This document shows positions 1 to 14,594 of a DNA stretch of 64,000 nucleotides, piece after piece. The notes beneath the pieces are model-generated. The model searched no databases and was not told the DNA's origin. It saw only the letters and a list, made by a program, of their open reading frames with translations. The stretch covers positions 32,428,001 to 32,492,000 of the forward strand of contig NC_087251.1 in the NCBI RefSeq assembly GCF_037042905.1, written 5' to 3'. The translations under genes and the position numbers were made by a program. This stretch comes from Lytechinus pictus (Eukaryota). The stretch's first letter is position 1; every line of letters begins with the position of its first letter.

Positions 1-1766
1 ATCGAAATACACTAATATTCCACACTTTAATCAGCCTACGCTCCTTCTCAATTTATTTCCATTAAGACTATGATTTATTACAACTCAAAATTTATGGGGT
101 CTATAAATCACGCATATTATGTTATGCTATAAGTAGCTATAATCCAATCTTACGATTAAATTGGAAATACTACGAAAGTCTTAAAAGTTTGTAAACGTAG
201 GTGGTATCACGTTAGCTGCCCTAGGTAAACAATATCCATGAGGGGCGTGGCGACACAGGATTAAGCTGGGGACTATAGCACCTAAGTGATAAAAAAGGAA
301 GACAAGCGAAGAAAATATGAAGAAAATATGAAATAAAATGTTTGATAAGAAATATAAAATAATGTGTACACATTGTTTTATTTTAAAAGAAAACAAAACT
401 ATTTACTCGCGTTGGGGCCACCTTCGTACCTCCTCAAATTATGTGTATAACTTACTTGTTTAGTGATTTTATTGTCTTCTGAAATGTAAGAATCGCAATC
501 CAGTTGCCTTGATATTAATATCAAATTGTTAATTGAATTAATTAATAGCATATAATTAATATTGAAAACATCAAATCAAACAGCCGATGTGACAAGGAGT
601 ATCATTTTTCAGCATTTGAAAATTTCGCATTTTTAAAAAATCAATGCGTCATCCTGTTCATCGATAATTCAACTGAATGGTTGATGAATATTTCAATATC
701 TCTCGTATTTCTATTTCTACGTTATCGTGAGCGATTTCGAATGATGATAAACCCCTTTCAATCCCCAAACTTGTCTCATGTATGAGAAAATGCTGGCTTT
801 AAAACAAACGAAGGTTTTAAACTACTGCTAAAGTGATCAGGGCAGATCGTCACGAGAGTTCATATCTTTCTAAGAATGATATTAACTCTCACGAAGTCAT
901 TTTAACCTAGGACATATCATGTGATGGGTAGGAGGATTAGAATTTGAATGATAATGCAAAATAGTCAATGAGGTCATTGTCTTCGTGCGTTATAGAGATA
1001 ATACTACGTATTCATTCGACTTTTGCCACTTTTTAGTCTCCTACCTAATTAGAGCTGGATCTTCCCCATGATAGTTTCACCATAAAAGAATTCTTTCATG
1101 TAGCACATAAGTCTTATCATGGAATTTATGAATTATAAATGAATATAAATTCTTCACTTAACATGGTTGATTATTATTCGAAGTTTTAATCTAATATTGT
1201 GATTTTTGAAGGCAAATCTTCTAAAACATTTTTACCCTCTCCCTAAAAGAATGTTCATCATGGTAAATTGGTAATGGTTCTCTTTTTTTACTCGCTGATG
1301 TTGGCAGTGGTGAAAGTGATTATAAAATGTTTTCATATAAGCAGATATGAAAATATAACGTTTCTGTGTGTGTGTGTTTGTTTGTTTTCTTTTTTGCTGT
1401 GATACCACCATCTCTTACCTCGAGTAATTAATCACAATAATAAATATGCCCTTTAAAATTGAAAACCGCTCATATCGGCATTCATTTATGATCGAGGAAT
1501 CGAGCGGTACATTCCACCAAATCGCCAGGGATATCCTTAATTGAAAAGTGAGTATAAATCAGGTTAAACTAGATCAACTTGATGTTTGTAGGTTGCTATT
1601 GTTCATGCCACAATCATACTATCCATGCAACTGTTTTACATCAAATATCATATTCATTATATGAGGAACAGTCATTCTCTCCTCTTTCACAGAGATTTAC
1701 TGTAGCTAAAAATCGCGCTTAAATTCTAAGTTCCGCGTGGAAAATAACGCGTCACGTATAGGTCTG

Positions 1767-1928
1767 GGGGGGGGGGCGTTTCATGAAAGGACTTGTCGGA
1801 CGTTTTATCCGACAAGTCCCATTTTATCCGACAGTTACCATAGGAACAGTGCCTCTCTGCCAATTAAAATCATGGAGAGATGTCAGATCTGACAACTTGT
1901 CGGATGAAAATATTGATGAAACGCTCCC
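1767..1928. mobile_element. Harbinger-like MITE, GTCGGA-arm family
   Basis: TIR GGGGCGTTTCA...TGAAACGCTCCC, flanked by CTG/CAG; homologous to 34522..34680. Confidence 0.8.
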
Positions 1929-3682
1929 CAGATCACGATCGTAAGACGCGCTCTCCCGGAATTTACGCGTTAGATATGACGTGTGCGTTGGTCTTCGGTA
2001 TGACTTTAGTCAAACTTACGCATAATTTGGGATGTATCCGGGTCTATCACTGTTCACAAAATGTTGACGGTAAAAGTCATGCATAAGTGTCAACGCGAAC
2101 GTTCGAATGATCTCATTGATGGTAACGCGCGTCCCCGGACTTCTGACCAACGCGGTAATGCGTCATATCAATGTACAGACAACTGGAGTTTTGAGGGAGA
2201 TGTTTGGTCAAATCATTGTGACACGTATAGTTGTGTGTTATGTGTAACGCACATAATTATAAGAGCGACTTAAAGTCAGAATCAACTAATTCTGTGTGGA
2301 ACAGCCCGTGTTTTTTTTACCGTATGCAATACTGCCATTGACTTCAAAACCGGCCAAAACTCTGGTATGAATTATGTAAATTTGCTCCTGTTAAAGGTGT
2401 ATGCAACGGGGCCTTTTGAAAGTTTTAGTTATTGAAATTAATTCCATTTAAATTCATTTCCCTAATTATGGATACTTTGCCATATTCCTCTGTTTATATT
2501 CAAATCTATTTTCAGAGATCTTTTAATATATATCTCTTCCGATTTCACAAGACATTTTTTTTCATTCACCAATTAAACTATAAGCCGTGGAAAGAGGTGA
2601 TGTTTAATTATTCCTTCCTTCAAAGTGCATCATCCCGAAGAAGGTCGTTTACATCAAACATTAACATGATATATTGTTAGTCAGTATCAAAGCCATTCTA
2701 CCTCAATGTCTGGCTGAATTTTGATAGATAATTCATAAACCCATCCACAGGAAGTGTGAGAGTGATGAATATTGAATAATGCGAGGGATAGTTTCTTTTC
2801 TTCCTACTGGTGCAGTATAAACATATAACTCAAACTGACGAATATATTTAGCAGAGCCTGGAATACAAACATAACTGTTGAAATATAAAAAGTTTTAATA
2901 AATTCTTACACGAGTAATACCTTTCATTTGATACAGGAATGATTTTAGATATTCTGTTCGAGAGAGCATTGGTTGAGATCTAGATTTTATACTTTGGACT
3001 GATATATTATAATATGAAATACAGTAACCAAAAAAAATTTGCAATCAAAGGTGAAAATAAATCATATTTTTTAAACCCTAATTCGGAATTTTTTTACGGT
3101 TGTCTCTTAAAGATATAAAATGTAAAAGGGCTTCCACGAAACGTATTAAGCGTCCTTTTTGTTATGCTAAAGGAAATAAAAGGACAGGGGGGAATTGCAT
3201 TGTTAATAGCTCCTATAGCGCATATAAATTTCAGTTTGCATCACATAAAATATTATAAATTTAGACTTTTTATTATGAACGAGCTTCGTTCCCCGGTGTT
3301 ACTAATGTTCATAAAATTATTTATGGTGAATGTATCCATAGCAATGGTTTTCAATAACATCAACGCATGCAGTCCCCATCAAACGACTCAATTGAAAAGT
3401 CCATTTGTATTCCCAGGTTATAGATTTCACCAATGAATTTCACAAACCACCAAGGTATTTTCAGACGTGGCTTCTTCGTCGAATCCAGGTAGAAGTTAAA
3501 ATGTATTTACTGATAACATTTAATAGTTTCAGTTGTTTCAGGTGCCAAGTTGTACCAGGTAACAGGTTGTTTCAAGCTAGATGGAAATACGCAAAGTCAT
3601 TCACCACATTATTTTGCTGTGTTCTTTACCCTTTTCATCCCAAAATGTTGCATAAAGTGAATGATAGTTGTGAAATCAAATA

Positions 3683-3935
3683 CACTGTAAAAAAAATATT
3701 GGGTAAATTTTTACCACCACGAGGGTAATTATGTGTCCAACCAACTTTGGGCAGTATTTTACCCAATGCCGGAAGCATATTGTCCAGTAAGGTTAAAAAA
3801 TAAGCAGCAATTACTTAAGAATGGGCAAAATTTTCATCACACTGGATAAATAAAAATGCCCAAGAGAAATGCCCAATGTTGGTTGGACACATAATTACCC
3901 TCATGGAGCATTTTTACCCAATATTTTTTAGAGTG
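3683..3935. mobile_element. CACT-ended non-autonomous DNA transposon (EnSpm/CMC-like), TA TSD
   Basis: TA|CACTGTAAAAAA...TTTTTAGAGTG|TA with about 70-bp imperfect inverted arms (GAGGGTAATTATGTGTCCAACCAAC and its reverse complement). Confidence 0.8.
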
Positions 3936-6752
3936 TACCTCTTCTTGGTAAAAACACAATGCTTTTCAACGATCCTGTAATTTGAGACAGGTTAAGTTTG
4001 CCTGAATTGTCTCCAAGATTTGCATTGAGTTTCAAAACTATACACTAGGATCATCCCCTCGTGACCTTTGCTCGTTTGTGTCTCCTTTCCCGCCAAAATT
4101 GTGTATCATAAATTGAATCTCGTGCCAAGTTACCATTCCATAGTCTGTTTTTTTTTCATGACAAACACGCCATGTTTATATACCTTTCCTATTAAATGCA
4201 ATTTAGTGATTGGCCAGTTTAAGACAGGTAAATTCCTGCCGGGCACATGTCACGCCAAATCCATCCTATTGCATGAAATGCAAGCAAACAAAGGCGAACA
4301 CAAATGTTAGCGGCGACCTGTTTGGAAAGAATGAAATAAGAGAAGATGAGCGAACGAGCGGGGACAAGAATTTACAGACTGTCGTGAAATTCGAACCATC
4401 CACTCGCTTATCTTGCAAAAAGTAATTGGATAGTCATCTTCGCTAGCACGTCGTAAATTATCAACACATAGTTGTTGTTGTTTTTTCTCCAACCAACCTT
4501 TCTTTACGATGGGTAATATAATGATAGTTCCTTTTTTCTAAGCATGCAGAGTAGACAACTCGCCTGTTTCCATCATATGAAAAAAACCCAATGAGAATCA
4601 TAAATTGGATTACTTGTCTTCAGCGTAGATCAAAACAAAGTTTCAGCAGTTCGTGATTCAATGTGATCAAATACGACTTACGGATATGCCTAGGTATCAA
4701 ACAATGCAAATATAAAAGACATTTCTTTATTTTTCTTTTTCTTGTTAAAGGTGCATTTTTATTTCACCTTCTTGTTGAATGTGTCTTTTAAAACAAGGAG
4801 TGGAAGTACTGAATTCTGCTCGCAAAGGAAGAACTTTTCTGAACTATACCATGACATTCATACGTCTGCTTCGGACACATCAGCTAAATGACATTTTTAG
4901 CATTTTTTCGCATACATCTGCAATCGCTCATTGACATTGGATACTACAAATAAGACGACATATTGACCTATCCAGTCAATATCGTATACACTATGCTACT
5001 TACGTAAATTCAAAATGGCGCCGGTCTGGGGGTTTACGAACCATCGATAATAGATACCAATCGGGATATATATATATATATATATACGACTTTCGACCCG
5101 AACAGTATAACCTTGGCGTGTCCAGCAAAGAATCTTGACTTACATTTCATTTCCAGGGAATCAGGAGAGACTCGTCAGTCGACGAAAATCTAATAAAAAG
5201 GATCACATTTGTTTAGATAACATCCAAGTTGTTTTGGGAGCCTAAAGGAAGGAGGATAGATGACACGTCTAACTGCCAATCGATGGCCGAGCGCGGTCTC
5301 TTCTGACCCCAGGTATACAGCATCGTGACGCATCGTAAGACTCGGCCTGGAAAATGGCAGCAGTTAGACATTAGTTCTATATTTTTGGGTGGCACACATG
5401 TTACATTGAATTTTTTTGTAGCACAACCTTAATTTTTTTATTAAATACATGTAGTTAGTCGCAATATCTACTTTTGTTTTTATTTCCATTCTCATATTAT
5501 ATCTCTATGTAATGTGCTTTGTATTTTTTAAGAATAGGCGCTATACGAATCTTATTACCATTATTATTACTATTATCATATTAATATTATCACAATTATT
5601 ATACTATTATTATTGTTATTAATATTATCATAATTATTGTTCTTTAAACAAATTATTGCAGGATACTAAGCGATGTTTTCTTCCAAGCGATAGTAATTTT
5701 GTTACTATCTACGTAGGGCAACGACGCAGCTTTTTTACGGGCTTTTTAAAAATAACTTATGAAATTAAGTGGGGGCAATTAGTGACAGCAATAAGGGGGA
5801 GAGGGTGGAGGACAGAATTTACTGATTAAAAAAAAGAGCGGCAATAATCCAGCTTTGGAAATTCATGACAAATAGTGCACAGTGCAATTCGATTATAAGT
5901 ATGCTATCAAAATGCTGTAAATAAATATGGTGTAGTATTTTAGTCATCTTTAGTTTGCGATTTATCTACAGAATTACCAATGTAAAATTATACCAGTAAT
6001 GTGCTTATTATTTTTCTTCAATTATTTTCTTTGATGGGATTAAAAATAGGCGAAGAATATAAGGCCCAAACTCTCTGGTGAACATGTATCATTTTAATGA
6101 ACCGACGGTTATCGTTAATAACGAATGGAGTACTCATAATGACTTTGATGCTCCTCGCCCCTTTCCGCGGGGAAACTGAATATTTAATGTTACAGCTGCG
6201 ACCTAGATGGGCTTTTTTCATCCCAGCATGAGCGGCCAAGGTGAAATCCCTGGAACGGTTTTTTGTTATAATTGTTCATATTTCCCCTCATATCATTCGG
6301 AAAGGGAAATTGAGATTTCCGTAATTTCACTGAATAATTCACTGGTCATTTATTGGCTTGAACACAGGCACATAAAGCACTAATTAAGGTCATTCACGCG
6401 GCTCATTCATACATAGTCTGTTCCAGCGATCATTGAGCATACATTGCTCACCTTTGCACACACAGTGATAGACAATGAAGTGGAATGTTAGAACTTCGTA
6501 AACAGAACATGTTCGCCAAAATTGGTTTAATTGAATACATCTTCAGTGTTCTAAGACTCAGACAAATTGATAAAAATATCTAAATTTTATGATACTCGAT
6601 TGATTTGTATGAAAACTTTGAGCAGAATGGAAAGGCTGATTGGTCTGATTAGGTAAACAGGTTAAAGCAAATTTCGATATATTACAGCTTGGATCACAAT
6701 GCCTTACAAAAATACGTAGAGGCCTATCGTCCTCCTTGGTTTTACCACTCAG

Positions 6753-6875
6753 GGTTCTTAATCAACCTGTATGTTGATTCAAATATTAATCTACCAACTG
6801 TTGGTTAAAACCATTGCATGCAATCGGGATTCTTTAACCAACATTTTTAACCAACTTCTGGGTTGGATAACCTCT
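6753..6875. mobile_element. Degenerate small MITE with CAG TSD
   Basis: CAG on both sides, imperfect CAACC/GGTTG arms, central palindrome ATTGCATGCAAT. Confidence 0.45.
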
Positions 6876-7270
6876 CAGAAAGTGGGGATGGTTTCTATTT
6901 TTTACTATGAAAAGTGTGATAAAAAGAGATAAAAAGGGAGAGGGAAAGATTGGGGATATATAGATATATAGAGTCAAATTTTGAATTTCGACTTGTATAC
7001 GGAGAGGATGAGTGCAAGAGATAGATAAACCAGGTAGGGTTCAATTTTTGCTTTTATAGGATTCTATACATTACGATGTCCAACAGAATCGAACTATCAA
7101 CATACACGCTAAGAAAGATCTACGCTTTAAAGGGGTGAAAATATGCACCTCGTCTGCACTGTTTGCTCCTGTCTGCACCGTAAATCGTGCAACTTCGTAT
7201 AGTTTAACGGTGGATGACTTTTTAATTTGAAAAGGTACAGATCTGAAGCCCTACACCCTTTATGGTACAG

Positions 7271-7452
7271 AATAATAATAATAATAATAATAATCCGCAT
7301 TTATATAGCGCTTAACACATCGGAACGACGTCTCTAAGCGCTTTACAGATATATTATTACCCCGGTCATCGGATCCTTGCATGCCCGCATACAATGTATG
7401 CACCTTCTCCACTCCCTGGGTGGGAGCTCCCAGAATGTAGCTACCTGCGCAC
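7271..7452 (-). mobile_element. SINE 3' fragment with (TTA)n tail
   Basis: (AAT)n then TTTATATAGCGC...TATTACCCCGG, the reverse complement of the SINE tail seen at 25485-25575; homologous to 13931..14165. Confidence 0.7.
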
Positions 7453-8291
7453 ATAAAGATGCTAAATGCTTCTTATGGTAAAGTTTACCCTCAAAAGGGG
7501 GTTTTCAGTGTGACCTTTGAAGAGTGCAAAATTAATTTTTTTTTTCTAAGCGTTTTCAGAAAAGTAGTGCTTTCGTCTAACCCCGCACCAAAGCAGTAGA
7601 CCAGTAAACCCTTCATCACGGAACACCGAATGCATGAAACCTATTTATAGGAAGTTGTTAAATGAACAATGAATCTGTAATGAATAAACTAAATCAAGTA
7701 CGAACCGGGGCATAGACGTTACGGTTTGCCAGTTACCAAGAGAGCTTAAATCATTCAGATCAATACTTTTCGATGGGACCAGAAACATTATCAAGGACTT
7801 AGGTTAAATAGTAAATCAGATGATATTTGTTTTTAATGCTTATTATAAGAAAATTATACAGGTAAGATTGCATTTCAGTAATTTCTTCAGTTAAAGTGCC
7901 TGCTATCACACCGAGTGATACTAAGCATGTTATATCACTTATAATACCCGCAGGCCTAGGTAATGGGTTGAATTATAACCCAGTTTAACTAGTACTCTTT
8001 TTAAATACTTAATAGATTGTCAATTATAGCTTTCATGACTACAAAAATAAAAACGTGGTCTCAGTACATACCCAGCCTGTTTTCTCTGATTAGTATCAAT
8101 GAAAAGCAACTAATTCAAACATTTTCAACAAAGTTTGGTTAAATAATTTTGATTGATCAATGAACTATCAACGTGTACAGTTTTGCCCATTATAATTACA
8201 AATGCTGTCACTCTGTAATAATTTTGCATTTATTTTCATGTTCTAAAGTAACTGGCATTTGAAAATCAAATGTAAGAGAGTAATGCATGAC

Positions 8292-8358
<67 letters not shown>

Positions 8359-8370
8359 GTGTGTGTGTGT
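8292..8370. repeat. (TA)n(TG)n compound microsatellite
   Basis: Read directly. Confidence 0.95.
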
Positions 8371-11300
8371 ATCTAAAAGGATCGAATGAAAGAATGAATG
8401 TTGGTAAAAGTGTATCAAGAGATCGAGAGGAGTGGAGACGAAAAAAAACCATGCAAAGTGATTTACGTCAGTAGACGAGATATATTCCTAACTACCAAGG
8501 TTACTCCGTTGAATATCAGATTAAATCTATACCACACCTAACTACAATCAAACATTCGGGAAGTATCCATTCTACTCGAGGGGATCGCCAATCTGTACAA
8601 TTTGAAGAAAGGACAAACTTTGTATTACCGTGTTATTTGGATGGCTCCACTACCTCCTGATGGTCTGAAAATGAGTTCATTTTCCTTCGTTTTAAATAGT
8701 AACATTATGTGATCGTTATCATTCTTTCGTAATTGTTATTTCTACTTCCAATGAATTCAGCTTTCTACGGTAGATGTGAATGTACTTTGATTAAAATTCC
8801 TCTAAAGAGATAGCATAAAAATATCGTTTAATCAGTAATTATCATATTCCATCAATTTTGGTATAAATTTACCCTATTAAAGTATTATTCGTGTTTGCAT
8901 GCGCAGAAATTGGTGGTAATTAAATTGTTAGTTTTCTGCATCATTTGTCAGGTTGTCCTGTGAAATAGGAAAGTAATGTAATATGGATAATATGATCGAT
9001 ATGGCTGACTGTCTCCGTCTCTGGCTATTTCTCTTGCTTTCTCTTTTCTCTATCTTCTTTTATTATCATTTCTGTATAATACATATCTTTATTTCTCACT
9101 TTCTCTTCCTCTTAGATTGATAGATTTCATTCTAATTCAATCATCTCTCTCTCTCCATCTTGATCTGTTCATTCCTTCTCCCGCCCCCTCTCTCACTGGC
9201 TCCCGGTTTTAAATCTTAATATATATATTTTTCTTTCTCCCTCTAAGTCTGTCTGTTTATCTCTCTCTCTATCTTCCCCCTCATCTTTTCCTCCTCTATG
9301 CATCAGTTCTTTCGTCCTCTGTTTCTGTACATCTCCCTGGTTGACGTTTGTTTTGCAATTAAGCAATGTAAACAACTCCTAATTCAATCCTCAAATGCAC
9401 ATCATTATTAATATCGAGGGGTATGCATCAATGCCAACTAATATCAGTCCCTCGCTCACCTTCATATTCTGCTCTGGTTTATTAAAAAAAATCCCCCTTT
9501 CCTTTATAACTACGACAATTATCCATTGTATCACTATCAAAATGATAATTGCCAGGCATAAGCTTTACATTTGCCATTTAATCAATATATTTTATATCAA
9601 CAACATACATGTCTATATCCACCTAACAATAGGTCAATTTTGGAGCATAAGAGTCTCTCTCCGAAAACTCATGTTCGAAAGTAATAGAGTACTGTCGTTA
9701 AGCAATACAGCATGGATTCCTATAATTAGTCGTTAAAAATTACTGGGATCAACAACATAAAGTTCATTTTCGAATAAATATAGGTTTGTTTACAACTAAA
9801 ATGGCCATCGATTGAACAAGATTAGCTAATAGTATGATCTTTTCATTCATTAATACTTCTTTTAACGATGGTTTCTTTTTATGTGGGTTTTATTGGTGTT
9901 TTAATATCAAAATTAATGATTTGTATTCACCCAGCCCCTGACTACACATCATGTTTTCTTAAGTAATTAAGCTTGAATCCTGATCGACAGTGATGTTTTA
10001 TCTAATATCGTCTGATTCGTGTTCAGGAATATAGAGTAGAAAAATGGATGTCACTTAAGCACTTGGCTGATTGTATCTCTGAGATTTACGCGCTACACAG
10101 ACATTATAGAGAGAGCAAAAGAAAATTACATCAATGTAGTATTTTTTTGTAATGATATATTTTAGATATCAATGCAAGGTCACGTTTTTGTGGGTGTGAG
10201 CAGCAATGTCGCCGTCTTTATTCAAATAAAGTGATCGAATGATTTGCAATGAAGGATAAAAAGCGAAGACAAGACAAGCAGAATTCAAATAAAGTAGTAA
10301 TGCTTGCATGTCGTGTGAAAACATCACTGATGCTGGTGTTTTTCTCTTATTCTTCCTTTGAACAATAAGATTGAAAGAGAATCTTATTTTTGCAGTGTTA
10401 TTTTTTTGTACCTTTCTCTTCAGTCGATATTTCCATTAACAGTACATGAATCAAAGCATAACCAAAAGAAATGCAATCGGTATGATAACTGGCGTAATAA
10501 GTCAACCTGTTGATGTGCAAATGCGAAGGATAATTTCTAAATAGTCGTGAATGTGATCAAACAAGAAACTACGTTTTCAAAAATCAAACCTAATTTTGTG
10601 GCAGCTTTTAACACAATATCCAGAAATCCACAAATAATTTCATATAATTAGCCTTCAGCCTTCAATATCCCTTCTTTTTTTCTTTTTCTTTTCTCGATCG
10701 TGGAACTGTTTTCTTTGGGGTGGGGAGCAAGTACTTCCAGTCCCCTTCATCTATACACCGGTGAATACAATCGTCGCACAGGTCTTTAAAAAGCTACGCG
10801 GGGGCGTTTATCTCCAAGACTCTGGTTGCTTATTAACCAAATATTCAACATTATCATTCTAATCATAATAACGGGAAATGGCTGAAAATCAATAAAAGTA
10901 ATTGATAGTATGTTTGGCAAAGGAAAGCATTCAATGAAATAAAATAATGTTTTTCAGTCCCACTTCTGTCTTTCCTCGAAAATGCAATACTTCTCAAACC
11001 TGGGTATTTCCACTCCACTATTCTCGACTTAAAACATGTAAAATAGAACATACAAGAGGCAAGAGCTTATCTAGAATGCCTTTGAAGAGCGATTGAAGAG
11101 GGAAGAGATATCTTTGTACATGCTCCTGCATGCAGATTGCTTTTTAAAAAATTAAAGAAGAATTTTGAAAGATTGTGGATTTCTTTTTTGCATAATATAG
11201 ATAAAACCATTTTCAGCGGCTTAACTTGCTTACATTTCAAACCTCTCGAAAATGATTCTAAAACTTACTTAGTAAGACAGTATTTCAATAGGTAGAATGC

Positions 11301-12764
11301 TGCTCAATCATTCCCTGGTAATGCCCAAGTTATCAGGTAGTATACCGTGGTATACTGTGAACATACAGGCTTGCTGATATACGGTGATAGCAGTAGCGAT
11401 TGAAGAGATAGATCAATGTTGGGTGATGCCTATATATAGCACGCCTCGGCTCATCGCTTCCATCATGACAGTTTTCATCGATTACCAAATTATCTTCTTT
11501 ACCCAGGAATGACAGTGAACATCACACTCCTACTCTCGCGATAGGGGTGTAAAATGTTAGAGAGTGGGTACGTTGTTGAAAAAAAAGGGGGCGGGGTTAA
11601 ACCAGGTCGTATTATTTGAAACATGAACAGTTTCGTGGAAATGCACTTAAATTATCTTCCATTAGAGAGTGTCGTTTTGGGCGTCAATTGTAATTTGATA
11701 CAAGAATGAGGGCTTTAGCACCTGGGAATTTGAAAAAAAAGAGTGAGCACTGATGATATAGAGTCTGGGAGATGTGTTGTCAAGTTCCGCGGAGCTAAGT
11801 CTGTTTCTTGAAAATGTCTTTTAGGCGTCAAAGTTTTTAGAATGTATATGGGGCTAATCAAGACTCAGCTTTGTGACCAAGATGAATATGAAATTGTTTT
11901 GAGCAGAGAATATATTTTTTTCGTTTACAAAATTAATGTACAGTATAGGACACTACAGTCTAAGGAGAATGGTTTGAACTGACCGCAATCCGGCGAACTA
12001 TTGGTACTTCATACTCTATAAGAAGAGCCGCCTGAGGGCGGTATGATCAAAATATATTGGAAATCTTCCCTGCCAGCCGTTCGAATCCTCCTGTGCTTGA
12101 AGTTAATGATGTATCTTTCAAGTTTACATGAAAATGGTGGAATAATTGATGATAAGCAATGCTTTAAGAGATCATCTCATTTTGTGAATAGATATCTTTA
12201 GATTTCATAATGATTTTATTCATAGGAAATGTCTCAGAAGAAGTGGCAAACGAATTGTGTCACCGATCCCGGAGGTGTGAACTGCAATAACAAGTGTTCT
12301 TGTGTGAACATATATAAAGAAAAATAACAATCCCATATACGCACATAGCCAAACTGTACAGATTCACACGCAAACACTCCGTTACAAGCCTATATAAGCA
12401 CTTACGTCTCAGGTTTCACATGGGTATCATGTAAGAGTAAATCAAATGAATATTTAATGAAATTCCCTAAAAATGGACGCAGGATAATATTGATGCCAAA
12501 CATAATAAGGCTACATTGATTAAATAATTTGAGTATTATGGGATAATGCATTATGAAACTAGTTCACATTTAGTTAATTATTAAATAAATTTTGGAAAAC
12601 GTTATAACATCTTCAGGTTTAAACATCGCAACATAATATACGAAAAAGAAATATGATATACAATATGTTATAATAATAATAGTTAGTCCGTGATCGGGTG
12701 TCTCGAAGACGGTGAGATTTCTTGCGTCATTAAATGTCACGCTACTAAATAATGAGCATTGGTC

Positions 12765-13547
12765 TACCATGATCGCACGAATTAAATATTGAGTATGGAT
12801 TTAACACAGTCACACAGACTTATTTAGTATGGACTTACCATGATTACAGAAAGTAAATGACATTGATTTACAATGATGGCACAAACTAACTGATAAGCAT
12901 GGATTTACCATGATAACAAACTAAATGATGAGTATGGATTTACTATGATAACACAAACTAAATGATGACCATTGATTTACCATGATCAAACAAACTAAAT
13001 GTTGAGTATGGATTTACCATGAATACACAAACTAACTCATGAGCATCGATTTACCATGAGTAAACAAACTAAATGATAACCACTGATCTACCATGATCAC
13101 ACAGACTTGATGTTGAGTATGGATTTACCATGATTACACAAACAAAATGATGAGCATGGATTTCCCCTGATAACACAAACTTAATGTTGAGTATGGATTT
13201 ACCATGATTACACAAACTAAATGATGAGCATGGATTGACCATGATTACATAAACAAACCAATGAGTATGGATTTACCATGATCACATAAACTAAATGATG
13301 AGCATGGATTTACCATGAAAACACAAACTTAATGTTGAGTATGGATTTACCATTATCACACAAACTAAATGATGAGCATGGATTTACCATGAAAACACAA
13401 ACTTAATGTTGAGTATTGATTCACCATGATTACACAAACAAAATGATGAGCATGGATTTACCCTGATAACACAAACTTAATGTTGAGTATGGATTTACCA
13501 TGATTACACAAACTAAATGATGAGTATGGATTTATCACGATCACACA
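12765..13547. repeat. 37-bp minisatellite, about 21 copies (GAGYATGGATTTACCATGATTACACAAACTAAATGAT)
   Basis: Period measured from ACCATG at 13201 and 13238; head-to-tail with no unique spacers. Confidence 0.93.
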
Positions 13548-13930
13548 AAATGGCGGTGAACAATGACACCATACTAATGCAATAAGATTTTTATGAAGTA
13601 CACGTAACAGTATTGAAGAGGTTGATAAAATATCAGAAAGTACAGTCGTCCTAGGTTGATGAATGCAGATAAAGACATGAATGCCAAATGTCTTCTGGCT
13701 ATTTATGAATAATTCCATTTCCCTAACCCATGTCATAAAAAAGGGCCTGGTCTCTGTGCTATAGCTTTATTTCTCAAACAATCAGGGCTTATTTCCTTGA
13801 GAGGCACAATCGGTTATTCTGGTGGGGAAGTGATTGACACTTTTATGAATTATGAAATAAGCGATTGAACAATATACTTCTTATCAGAAGGGATAGAGAG
13901 AGAGGGGGAGTGGATCAGTGGAATGAAGAA

Positions 13931-14165
13931 AACAATAATAACCCGCTTTTAATATAGCGCTTAATACACCCAAACGGCGTTTGTAAGGGCTTAACATCTT
14001 TGCACACAATGTACGCACCTTCTCCACTCCATGGGGAGCATTCCAGCAATAGTTTCAAGATTACATCGCTATATAGGCATACTACACAGGCTTTCGCATG
14101 ATACCAGGTATCCATTTAACACCTGGGTGAAGAGTGGCAAGGCGTGGATCGACGCCTTGCCACAG
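13931..14165 (-). mobile_element. SINE fragment (core and tail)
   Basis: TATAGCGC tail plus GGTATCCATTTAACACCTGGGTG core shared with other copies. Confidence 0.7.
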
Positions 14166-14498
14166 ATAGGGCCTAAATTATGATATTTGACTGAATTCTA
14201 AATAATTTGTTTTATTAGCTTGATTGTTGGTGCCAACAAATGAAAGTAAAATGCATTTCAACGTGAAAAATATAAGTATATGCTCACTTAGTTTCTGCGA
14301 CATCTAATTGCTATAAGTAATGATTTTTTTTTCCTTTTCAACGTACACGTAAATAATGAATCACCTCTCGCGTCTGTATACATCGCTTATCCATCTGCAT
14401 CTTTCACTTGCATTTTTTTATAAACTTATTCCGGTTTTCAAGACGAACTATACATATATATATATATATATATTTAGCAGTATCTATCCAATACTTTC

Positions 14499-14524
14499 TT
14501 TCTCTCTCCCTCTCCCCCCCCCCC

Positions 14525-14565
<41 letters not shown>

Positions 14566-14594
14566 CACCCTCTCTCCCTCTCTATCTCCCTCTC
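14499..14594. repeat. (CT)n / poly-C tract
   Basis: Read directly. Confidence 0.9.

Noticed and set aside
5011..5050. CAAAATGGCGCC as EAG start codon or YY1 promoter site
   Set aside because: The ORF (MAPVWGFTNHR*) is not a PAS-cap; a single motif is insufficient support.
12765..13547. 37-bp repeat of CRISPR-like length
   Set aside because: Contiguous tandem units with no spacers.
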